The notes beneath the pieces were generated by a model. It did not search any database and was not told the origin of the DNA. It was given only the letters and a program-made list of their open reading frames with translations. Below are positions 47,404 through 59,274 of a DNA stretch of 64,000 nucleotides, piece by piece. Both the position numbers and the translations under genes were made by a program. The stretch is from NCBI GenBank assembly GCA_002633005.1, contig NMRA01000545.1:224460-288459 (forward strand), written 5' to 3'. The stretch is from Phoronis australis. Lineage: Eukaryota; Animalia; Phoronida. Numbering within the stretch: position 1 is the first letter of the stretch; every line of letters starts with the position of its first letter.

Positions 47404-50400
47404 CACGCTTCATCCAGTGCTCAGTGTAGCCAGAAACTTTTAAAAATTTGCATCATGCCATGGCTAAGTGATCAAAGTCGGATCGCTATTTATTACCTTC
47501 CGAGCATATAGAGTCATCTTTGGAAGTTGTCAATGTGTTGAAGAATCAGGTGTCACCATGGAACAGGCATACCTCCAGGGTGAAGGTCACAGCAAAACCC
47601 CAGCATCCTGGAATTTGCCCTCAACTAGACTTATCGTTTCATGGAACTCGAAGAAATACTCTGAAGACTGCATTTTTATCTGATAGTTCCCATCAATCGC
47701 TTAAGTATTGGACAACCTGGATTGGTCATCCCCGACATTCTACATTGAAAATAGGTGTCAAAATTTTGTCATGTTTTAAGGTGTTCACCATCCTTTCCAG
47801 ATTTAGTTGCTTTTTTTCTGTCACAGGTCTGTTCTGGCAAAATGGTAATTAAAAGCCCATTTCAGATAAGCCATGTTTTCACCCGAAAAGTTGCCCGACA
47901 CATCGGCTAAAAAGTTGTGTGACTTTTCTCTGAACATTGCATTTGTACGAGCATCAGATCAGCCGACACCGGACTTGAAAAACAGCAAATTACAACTGAT
48001 TTCACTCCAAAGTCAAAGCAAGCTGCACAGGGCACCACATTGTCATTTGTAGAGTTAAGTTAGTCAGGATAACTGGACAGCAATATTGGTTGTCATTGAT
48101 TTGCAATGGCTTCTCAATAACAAGGTTCTTCGATCTCTGTTTGAACTGAATATAAAGCGGTAACAGCCAGAAATGTACTTCCAAGACAAAATTGTGGATA
48201 ATGCTTATAGCAATGGAGTTGGTAAGGTTTGTATTTTGTTCACTACCAGTACAAGTGCCAGTGCTAATCGATTCCAATCCAATGTCCAAAAAATACAACT
48301 GAAAGATTTGTCTGTTCACAAATTTACTATTCAGCTAGTTCTTTTATCTGAGATTTCTGTTGTATTTCGACTTAGCGTTCAATAGGTACAGTGGTAAAGA
48401 GGCCTTCGTTTGTCCAAAATTTGCTCTAGTGGATTGATTGTCTGTGAACGCGCTCATTCTTCTGTTTTCTGCAGTATTGGCTGAAAAGTTGCATAAAGTC
48501 AAGTACGCTCGACTTCTCCATAACTTGTTGGCTAACACTTGCAACCCCCTGTACAACATGTTGCGGAATCATTCATGTGTGCAATTTTGATGTTGACAAT
48601 GTCACTTGTCTAAAGCAGAATTATCATAACCCAACTTTGAGCCTATTGCTTTGTCAGTGAATACGCTCCAGGCATGATATCAGTTTATTGGCAGCAGCTT
48701 CGGGTATAATTTTTTTTGTCTAAGTGTTGGGAGAATTAATTCTGGGTAAATGTTGTTATCAAGATATAACCAGGAAATAATTTTTTGGAGGGTTCCGTCC
48801 ATGATACTGTTCCGTCACTCATACAGAATTGTGTGACTATCTGTTAAAGGTGTTCGCATTTGCAGCCTCTTATCATTGTACAGTTGATGCCTGTTATTCA
48901 GTGGAAAAAACTGGTTCTCAAAATGCAGGCATGTTATATCAGACTATTACCATAATTAATTTATAAATTATACTGTATTGGAATATTTGGCTTTTTGTGT
49001 TGACTGCATTGCATATATGTAACCTTGTAAAATGTTCAGACTTATCGGAAAAAATCCTGTAAGGACAGTTTCTTTCATTTGATAATGAAGTATAATGTAA
49101 CTACCGTAACATTTATTTAATTCTTGTGAAACCCACATGTAAAAATTTCTAGATAATGTCATTGTTTAGTATCATTTCATTTGGGCAAACTCTTATCAGA
49201 TGCATGTTGTTTTAACTCAACAAGTTCTGAGTCATGAGCTTGATGAGAATTCTATGTTCTTTGTAGTATTCTGTTTTTTGTGGAGTTCTCATTTAATATC
49301 TTTTTGTTCGTATTGACTGAAAAATCAAGGTAAAAAGCAGTGGTCTTCACAATTAAAAATCCAAGTGTGCCGTACGAACTCAACTAAATTTATCGGAAGT
49401 GTGCGAACAGCAACAAATGTACTGGACGTGCGCGAACACCAGCAAACATATCAGAAGGCGCTGCCTGATATTCTCTGCAGTGTAGATGTAGTTACTGTTT
49501 CACCGTTTTAAGAGCACATCTACTTGTCTTTTGGTCTCATGTTGTTTGAACAATAAGGTTAATCCCCAGTTATTGTTTAGCCTAATTTAAGGCTGTAGAA
49601 TTGTTCACAATGGTGATGTCTTTTTCCAAACTGGTCGCTCTTTTTCAGACATATTGCTGATGCTAGCAAACAAGTAGCAACAACAGTTTATGTATATGAT
49701 GTGTTGTACAACACTGCTCACACCACAAGTAAAACTTTATCAATTCATAAAATGTAACAATATCAGTTGTCTTTTGCGTTAGCCGTAATTATTGCGTTGT
49801 TTTGACTTGCTCATTAGGAGCTGGTACATTCATACCTATTCTCAGTTTAAGTGAGCCTGCATGTTTCAATGACAACTAACTGACAATACCAAACCATGTT
49901 AATATCACTGATGGTACACCAATGCTATAGATCTATGTTCACTAGAACAAATAAATGATTCATTGTGTATGCAGGGATCAAGCCCGAGACACTCTTGTGG
50001 GTTATGAATCCAATAAAACATGGATGACTGTCTCTGTAGCGCTAAGCACCTTTTCAGCTATCATAACTAGTTGGAGAATTATTGGAAAATCAAGGTGACT
50101 GTGGCATATACTAAGTTTTGGGGAGAGTACGGGATGCCTTGACTCTTGTCTTTTCCACTGTTGCCGTAAAGCTGTCCCTAGTCATACAGTTGTCCTATCA
50201 CAAATTGTCCCGGGATAAAGATGTTCTGGTGCTACTGACCATGTGGACACTGTAGTAAAGCTGCATTTCAGTCGTTCTGTTTAGCTTGCTAAAAATGAAA
50301 AGCGAATTAGGCCTACTGTCATGAATTTGGTTTCTTTAAAACATTTCTTTCTACCATGTTATGGTGATATAAACGGGAGTGAACACTGATTGTATTTAGA

Positions 50401-51982
50401 AAAAAATTATACAGTAAAATCCCACCAATTTCAGACAAAAATAATTGCCGAAATTGTCCTTTTCTCATTTTCAAAGTCTTAATTACTGTAATTGCCCTGA
50501 ATTTTTCAAATTTCTTTGTGATTGTAGGTGTCAATACATGGTAAAGCATTAATTAGTTGCAATATATTTTATATGAAAAAATGAGACCAAAAATTCAGTT
50601 GTCTGCCATTTTGTATCCTAACTTGGTGAGATAGTATGGTGTTGAAAGTTCTAACAGAGGATTATGCAGTCATTTAGAAAGAAAGTGAAGTAGATTGTGA
50701 GAATGTTGACTTTACTTAGAGAATAGAAGTTTTGTGACTATGCTTGTGCAATTATCTGTGCACGTTGGCTACAAAGGATCATTGTTTTCAAGGTCAATTT
50801 GGTCATGGTCTAGTTCATTCAACACTTAGAAACTGAATATGAAGGTAATAAAAATGTGAATTTATGTGGGTTTGAAATTGGATGATTTAAAAAAAGCAAT
50901 TAAATTTGAACTGAGAACCTGTACAAAGTAAAAAAACAGCAGCTTTTGGACCTATTTTTTGAGCTTTGTTTCTTGTTTTGGCATGAAATTTCAAATTTCA
51001 ATCTGGAATTTTTGTGGTCAAAATTGTTGACCTGGAAATTTTCCCTGTGTTGGAGGTTGATGTAATGGTAGATATTTGTGGGGTAATTTGCACTGAGAGT
51101 ATTGGTCGTGGTTAGTGTTACGATCCCTGGCGGTGAGAATACCTCCAGTTTACTCTTTTCCGTAATACTGTCAACGAACAAACATGGGCTTAACGGGCAA
51201 GCAGCACTCTGGCATAATGTCGTGTTGCTTTAGATGAAGATTTTTGGAATGGCTTTTCTGAGAAGATTTTAATTGGCAAGATTCAGCATTCTTTGTCAAT
51301 TATTCCTAAAGAAGAGTCACTCTTACCTATTCTTTGACTGTATTTGGTCTTTAAATGTGAAGGTCAAATCTTAAAAGCTTGGATTTTAGCCAGTGGATCA
51401 GTGTTTCATGCCAGGCTGGTGTTGTATGGTGGCCTGCCGTGGATAGTTTGTCTATGGTGGTGGTAGTAACCCTTAGTTGACCTAGCAGCAGATGGGGTGG
51501 TGGGCGGGTGGGTTCGGCTATGATATAAATAAAATGTATATATATCTGACACTTTGTATGGAATGACTTGAAAAATTGATGGTGTTGTTTCACAATTTGT
51601 GGTGTAATTTGCATGTAATGATCTCACTCAGTAATTTACTTTCGTTGAAGTGTCAGGTTTTTCGTGATCGCAATTTCATCCGGGGTTTATCTATGTGTTT
51701 TGCCAAATATCTTTAAAGTAAAATTAATAATTAATTATTGAGGTTCAACTTGGGGTCCTCTTTCACACAATTGTAGGTGGCACTGAAGCTTGTTCAAACT
51801 CCTGACTCAATACTAGTAAAATTGGTTTCCTTGACAACAGCAAAATGAAAAAAAAACTTTGAGACCAAACCATTTGTGCGGGTACTCAGCAATGTTCCCT
51901 GGGCAGGACATTCTGTGAGCCAATGTCTTCTATGTGGGGATGCCTCATGTGCAAGTCTTCCTCCAACCCTATCGTCTAATAA

Positions 51983-52486
51983 GGGCCTTTCATACTAACG
52001 TCGACGCGTCGATGGTTTGGGGAGTTGCGGTCAGTATGAACGCTTAACTCCGGTCCTGGATCGCAGTTAACAGCTCCAGTTAACATCGCAGTTAACAGGT
52101 GGATTTAAGACTGCAGCGTTGACACTGAGGTGCAGTATGAATGCTTAACTTTGGTCCAATCGAAGTTATCGCCAGGTGCCACTGTTATCGTCAACAGTTA
52201 CAGAGTAGTGCCGTCACTAATAACTACTTATTTTTGCTCTAATGATAACCAATTGATTTAAAAATGAATTTAATGTCATTTAGCACATTTAAATGTTCCC
52301 AAATTGTCACATTGAAAAAAATCTTAGCGTGCAGCGCTACCTTGCGATAACTTCGATGACGTCAGCGTCACCAACTCTTTACTTCGATGGTCATTAACTG
52401 CCAAAGCCAGTATGAACGGTCCAGTTAACTGCGCTGTTTACGTCAATGCTCTGCTCAGACCGGAGTTAAGTCAATATGAAAGGGCC
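51983..52486. mobile_element. PIF/Harbinger-like MITE (~500 bp)
   Basis: GGGCCTTTCATACT / AATATGAAAGGGCC ends, TAA and TAT flanks, internal repeated CAGTATGAA and TTAACTCCGGTC / GACCGGAGTTAA motifs. Confidence 0.6.
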
Positions 52487-53932
52487 TATAGACTATCTTT
52501 CCTTGACAAGTCTTCTCAATCCAGTTTGTTGTTCTCAGTTGGCATGTTTGTGTGGCTATCTTGTTTTGAAAAGGCATTGATTACTAAAGCTGTCTTCCAC
52601 TGGACCAGACTTAGTTGAACTCCATCTTTATTGATTGCCAGCTTGCTCTGTTCCTTTGACAGAGATATGTCCTGTTTGCAGCCTAACTGTTCTTGTAGCT
52701 GCTTCTGTGTTCTCATCTGTCATATTTGCCAAGTTCATACAAAGAAGCTTGTACTTTATTGAAGAACAGGCTCCAAATACAGCTGTGGTTTTGATGAGTT
52801 TTGTTATGTCTCTTGGTCATATGTTTTACTGTTGCACTGCAAACCACCTTCAAAGATACAAAGAGCTTGAGAGAATGTCATTGAATCTTATTAATTGTGA
52901 ACATTTTGTGTGTTCATCAAATTTTGTTTATTCAATGAAAATGATTAAGCTTAGCTTCTTGAACCAAGCACTATATTGCAGATGTACTTTGTATTTTGAA
53001 CAGTTTACAGGACCTGGCCATGATGCAATTTTGTCAGTTAAATACCTTAGATATGATATTTGCTTAAGCTGATAGACCAAAAATTTCAGGTTTTGACAGA
53101 TAACGAAAACCAATGCTTGAGTGTTTTTAAGGTTATAGATTCAAGTCATCTAGTCTGGAACCAAAGATGTGTCAAGTAGCTGATCGTCTGTTCGGGGAAA
53201 TTGGTACTCAGTGGATGGAGGCTAGCTGTTCACTCGTATTTATGATAAGCTGCTTGAAATGTTCCTAAAATTAAATGATTTCTATATATCGTACATCTAC
53301 ATCTACTGGCGTTGCAGCTTCTAGATGACCGCTATCCCATAGTTCTTCATATATATGATGTCTTGTGCTATCTATAAATGTCAGTGTCGTGATCATGATC
53401 TGTCATTTGAATACAGTAATTCTCCATTTACTTAGCACACTTGCCTGATTTCGCACTCCCAAAGTTATAAAAATAATGTTTTGTCCTTCACTTACTTGAC
53501 AGGAGGCTGCTTGGTAGAAATTTCTTCCTGCACACAGTCAATTTAGCACTTTGGAAAATATGAAAGCAAAGATGTCTCATTAATTATAGTACTGTAATAC
53601 ACACCTTTTCAAAGTAAAGTCTGAACATTATATTTTCACCCCTTAAGGGTATCTCAAACCTTATTTAGTGGCCTCCATTCTTATTCGAATATCAAAAAAC
53701 CAGGCTTTCTCAACTAATAAAAGTATTATTTTCTCAATGAAAAAGATCAGAGATTATAAAAATATGTCTTAAATTTATGTGCCGTTATTGTTATTACGCT
53801 TACATTGTTTTTAAACTGGAATTTGTAGGCTAATTTCTCATCTATGTGATTGCTTGTCCAAATTGGTTAGACATACAAGATATAGCGACGATGTGAATAC
53901 AAAGTTGGTTGAAAATTGGCATATGTTTTTAA

Positions 53933-55458
53933 CCCTTCAAGGCTTGGAATTTTCCACGGAAACGTGGATTTCCGCTTTTTTCAAATGTTCTGTCCGCGTA
54001 TTTTATTATATTTCCGCGTAAAAAAATCGGATTTGATATAAAATTTCCGCAGCAAATTCCTTTCTTACCGCGGCGTTGCCGACGACTTTCACCTCGAAAA
54101 GCAGAAGTTGCTCTTTATGTTTCGGAGGAACGTAAATTGTCAACATAGCCGGGGCATCTGGGATAGCGTGGTGGGATTTTCAATGGCGACTCGTGTGATT
54201 GTAAACTGCGGTGACAAATACTACGGCTCTGCAGCCAAAAATGTTTGGGGTGGGAGTGGACGGACGAGCTAAAAAGACCCAGACGCATGCTCCTGACGGT
54301 AAGGTTTTTTTTTAGTCCTCCCGATTTTTGCCGGCGAAAGGTTCACATCGACTATTTCAAGGCTGGGTAGCGCGCATGCTTTGGGCCGTAAGAGTTTCCG
54401 CATTTTTTGTCATTGGTCATTCCAAGCCCTGACCCTTTCAACACCGCAGACCGCTTTTAAAAGCGGTGTCTGAAACTTACCTCCATTCAACACCGTGGAC
54501 CGCTTTATCGGTCTCACGATATGCCGAACTTCCAAGCAAGAGCATGTTTGATTGGTTGATTAGGGGAATTCTTTTGTGTACGTCACAAATTTAAATATAC
54601 TAGACTTGCCTTCATTTCTAACAGCTTTTCTGATTAGTTGCTGAGATGTAACATGAGTTATTGAAGGGGTTTCCAAGAATTTAGATCGATGACTCGCAAA
54701 AACAAAATGTCGGCCGACGGAGATTCAGATGTAGATTTTTCAAATGACGAAATTGGCAATAATTTGTATGCTTTTTACTTAATTAATATACAAGATAACC
54801 CAAAAAGGAATTCTTATGTATCTGGCCAGATTTTGTTGACTACTACGACCAAGAAGTTGAATTTCATGGCTTTGAACCGGAGGAAAACTTTACAGGTCGC
54901 GAATTTCGCAATTGGGTCAAACAAACGCCGTTGAACTCCGACAACTTTGCAAATTTTCTGAACATTTAGAGTCTTCTAGAGTGTACGATGGTTCTGAAAA
55001 GCAAGTTCAGTACTTTAAAAATTTCTATATTGATGAAATATTTGGTGAAATTGTCAGGGTAATTACTTGGAACGCCCAAACGAAGCGTGAGTCACAACCG
55101 GAAGTGGACAAATTTGAATCATTGAACTTAACGATCGCCTAATTTAAGTCACTTTATGACCTTCAAATGTAAATAGAAGATGTGAAATATGATCAAAAAA
55201 GTATCTTAAGAAATGTTACTGAAGACTATTGACGACACTATTACTCATAAATCAACTGAGTGAGATTTTCTACTTTTGGTGAAATTGTAGATAAAGTTCA
55301 TTCTGTTCTCTACATTTTGGTGTGTCACACTTTGAAATTCAGTGATAAATGGATTGTCTATGGAATTTTGAAAACAAGCACCTCAGTTCAGCCCATGTGT
55401 GCTAAGTTACTTGGGGTTCAGGGACACAATGGCCGACAGTTACTTGGAGTTGAAAGAG
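53933..55458 (+). mobile_element. Decayed piggyBac element with transposase remnants
   Basis: TTAA at 53929-53932 and 55459-55462; reconstructed left TIR CCCTTTCAACACC versus right GGAGTTGAAAGAG; acidic N-terminus (MSADGDSDVDFSNDE) and YFKNFYIDEIFGEIVRVITWNA resembling the PGBD N-terminal F..FF.DE....IV..TN.YA motif, with stops and frameshifts. Confidence 0.7.
53938..54431. mobile_element. hAT-like MITE (494 bp), 6-bp TSD, inserted inside the piggyBac left TIR
   Basis: TIR CAAGGCTTGGAAT / ATTCCAAGCCCTG; ACCCTT duplicated at 53932-53937 and 54432-54437. Confidence 0.75.
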
Positions 55459-55665
55459 TTAAGAACTAGTTTTGTGGCGGGAATAATCTGCCGCAAATCA
55501 CTGAACCGTGTCCAGTAAGTATCATCAAGTGTTCCGGGGGTATACCGTAACAAGTTGCACGATGAGTACGCAGGGTACGTCATTAGTGCAAAGGTTACCT
55601 ATGTACAGATTTTTTTGTTTTCAGTTTTGTAAGTTGTCAGGGAATGCCACTGCACTTTGTTTTTA

Positions 55666-55710
55666 TAATAATAATAATAATAGCAATAATAATAATAATA
55701 ATAATAATAA
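55666..55710. repeat. (AAT)n microsatellite / retroposon tail
   Basis: About 14 AAT units followed by AACTTTATTT, as at 35028. Confidence 0.85.
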
Positions 55711-56398
55711 ACTTTATTTAAAGAGGATGAAAATACTATAAATGTAAAACATGCTTTAGCCAAAGGCTAATATCCAGGTTATGTTGAAATAGCATTGTCA
55801 TTTATTTCCTGCTATACATTAACACAGTGGCATGCAAATACAACTTTGAGTCAAATTTTCAATTTTAAGAAAGGTGTTGTATAGCAAAATAAGATGAGAT
55901 AAGGTTTCTTGCTTGACATGTAAAATATTATAAAAACAACCAATTTTGAAGTATCGTTAATTGGTGTACTCATATGGTATATCTCATGTAGTCATGCTGT
56001 TGTAAGCATGAGGTGAAAGGTTTGGATGAGTGTCCTGTCGCCAAGTCATATGCTTAAAAGAGTTTCACCAGTGAGTGGGTAAGGCACTGGAACAGTGAAT
56101 ATATTTAATTTATTTTGTGCAAATTTAAGTACAGAATTACATATTGTTAATCACTGATTGCTTTGATAGAATGTGATGCTGTACATGTTATCTTCATTAC
56201 ATTATGCATGTCTCTTATGTAATAGTTCATTACAAAGTCTGCATTGATCATTGTGATGCCTTGGAGATTATCAGTGTGGAGAAGTGGAAAGTTAATTTGT
56301 CAAATTTCACAATGAAAGTAATCACAGTTTAACTCACCTCATTCATACATGCATAAGTGGGATTTGAGGTTTAAGTCCTTATTGCAAAGGGCAATCTA

Positions 56399-58768
56399 CC
56401 GTAATCGTTCGGGTTAACGCCCTGGGCGGTTAAATTGTCGAATCCAAAAAATCGGGGGAGGGCGGTTAACCGAGCAGTGGGCGGTTAAATCGAAAATCCA
56501 CCTAAAGTAGGGGAAGGGCGGTTAACCGAACATGGGCGCTTATTACGACAGACAACCGCCCTGGGCGGTTAATCTTACCTGGCGATCTAAATCCCGACAC
56601 GGCAATCATACTCGGAACGCGTAGCCAAATGACTGTGAAAACGTCATAACAGCGGATGATTCCAACAAAGGTTCTCTTGCCCTCAGATTAGTAATTTACA
56701 ATTAATTTTATGAAATTGCTGAGTAATAGCCGTCCTGTGGTGCGCAGACGACCAGTCACCACGCAGCCTCCACTAGAATTAAAACTGTTTCAAGATGTGA
56801 CCCTGCTTAAGTGCGCGCGTGCAAGCTTCAGGTGTTGCAGAGGTCAGACATCAAATTTATGGTTACAGTCTGGTACTATATGAAGCTGTCAAGTTCTGAG
56901 TCAGACAGCAGTTTTAAAATTGGTTGTAATAAAAGTTTGAAAAACTTAACTCTGCTGTTTTTTGTGTTTGGAATGTTATAGTCGACACTCCGTGACTCAA
57001 TGACATTTTCAGCGTATGGTTCTGCGGCTAGCTGTCTTATCTCGACAGCCCGGCATTGCTCTCTTGCCGTTACGCCAAACATGCTATGCAAAGAAGTAAG
57101 ACAAGGATCGGGGGTGGTCGAGCCAGTCGTCGATCAAGAATAAAATTTCAAGCAACTGCATAAATATGTTACAAAATGTCAGAAAACAGCAATGTTTCAA
57201 TTCATTATTCTAAACGATCACCTTACCAAACTTCGTGCTGGAAAAACATTTATTTTTCATGCACTTGTAATATCGCACTACAGTACTGTTCGGTCCCGCT
57301 GTTATCGCGCAATGTCTCAGTCGGCTGACAATCGTGACTTGGAAATGCCGTCAAGTAATATAACGGCCTCTTTCAATATGCATCTCGTTTTTTTATGGCC
57401 AAAGATAGTGGCAGTATTCAGCACGCACGTAGGGCCTACGTGTGAGTCACCTGTCAATCACATGTTGGTGTCAAGGTAACATGCACTCCAAAGTGTGGGA
57501 ACTTGCCCACGTGCACCACTACAAATCAGTCACACATACAGCTGTAGTGACAGTCCGACGAAGTAACAAAAAGGGGCGTGACTATGTACTTTTAAGCTGT
57601 TGTTACGAAAGACCCAGTTCTTTACGATATTCCTCCGTTGCCAATGTTCTCCAAAACTGCGATGTCAAGTCTATTCCCATATTTCCCGGCTCGATGCTCC
57701 CTAAGCCCATCCCTGTAACTAGCTGCGTGAATCTCCCACCCACTATCGTCAAGCAGTCTACGTCGTAGATATTTCAGACTCGAATGGTAAGAATTTTTGT
57801 TCAGGCTGAAAATGGCCAATGTATAAACAAAATTATTCTGGATGGCTAAAAAGGGGATGTGGAAATGATAATTCACACAGTCACGCTTACGTGGGGGCTG
57901 ATGCAAGAAATAGTAAAGAACAGCCAGCGACATTAGTTGAATCTGCTAACCAGTTTGACTGAGATGCAATTAGCGAAAAACGAAATTTGACTAGCCGTTT
58001 TTTATTACTTCAAGATCATACACAAACATACATTATTGCCAACGTTTGAATTCAGAAATCGACAGGCAGCAACGAAATCGGTAACCCAGTAAGGCACTTG
58101 TACTGTCCCTTCGGTCGCCCCACATCCTCTATAACCCGGCAGTTATATTCATCGGAATATTGAGAATTTGACATCTTTCCGTGAGTTGTGAGATTTGTTC
58201 AGAATACGAGAGCTTCCCACCTTAATAGAATTTGGAGGGTTGGCAAAACCATTGTCACATTTCTCTGGCCTGATTTTTTCGAATATATGTTTTATCTAGT
58301 GCACTGCAGACGGAAACTCAGCGCGGCAGATAAAGTCGCTGAAAGCGGAGGTTTTGACGCCGGCGGCGTTCTTAAATTTAGCAAACAAGGGAAGAAAATA
58401 AAGTGACAAAAAGGTTCAAGTATTATATTTTGAAGTGAGTTCATGACCCAAGACAATAACTCGTTACCTGTATTGTAATTCAGATTGCTAAACCACTGTC
58501 TCGGAGTCCCGGCGTCGTTGCAATCGTTGTGATCATCGATCTTTTTCTAAAAGTCGGGGAATCGCGCGTTTCCTTAGCACTAGGCGCTAAATCTTCATTC
58601 TTTAAAAGTCGGGGATGGGCGCTTAACCGAGAGGTGGGCGCTTAACTTGGAATCTTCAAAAATCGCAGGGGGGCGCTTAACCGAGCAATGGGCGGTTAAA
58701 TCGAAAATCCACTTAAAGTCGGGGATGGGCGGTTAACTGAGCATGGGCGTTAACCCGAACGATTACGG
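56399..58768. mobile_element. Non-autonomous Tc1/mariner (pogo-like) element, 2370 bp
   Basis: Perfect 24-bp TIR CCGTAATCGTTCGGGTTAACGCCC; TA TSD; arrays of GGGCG(G/C)TTAA subterminal repeats at both ends; no transposase ORF. Confidence 0.88.
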
Positions 58769-58824
58769 TAGTTCAAAAACTTAAAAGTACATAACAAATT
58801 AAGTAATATGTAACCTGGCATAGT

Positions 58825-59274
58825 CAAGGTACCTAAACTAAACGGTCAACGGACTCATAAACATGGGCACGGACGCATGAACACGACTCATGGACCTGCA
58901 AACACCATCCACTGACTCATAAATACGGGAACGGACTCACAAAACACGATCCAATCACCCAAATACACGGGACACAGACTCGTATTCACGAGGAAACACT
59001 GTTAACGGACCACCAAACAAGATTTACAGACAAAATGTAGATGTCAGCTGACCCAGGAAGCCGATGAGTCCGTGACCCTTGTCTGACGGTCCGTTAACCG
59101 TGTTTCCTCGTGAATACGAGTCCGTGTCTCGTGTATTTGGGTGCATGGATTGTGTTTTGTGAGTCCTTTCCCATGTTTGTGAGTCAGTGGACGGTGTTTG
59201 CAGATCCGTGAGTCGTGTTTGTGTGTCCGTGCCCGTGTTTATGAGTCCGTTAACTGTGTAGTTTGGGTACCTTG
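58825..59274. mobile_element. Foldback MITE (450 bp, ~200-bp arms), 5-bp TSD
   Basis: CAAGGTACC...GGTACCTTG ends; arms are imperfect reverse complements built from ACGGACTC(A/G)T motifs; ATAGT duplicated at 58820-58824 and 59275-59279. Confidence 0.85.

Noticed and set aside
47468-48560. Faint resemblance to a DIRS-type tyrosine recombinase (LYIQFKQRSK...YCCPV)
   Set aside because: No catalytic R-H-R-Y motifs could be assembled; too weak without blastx.
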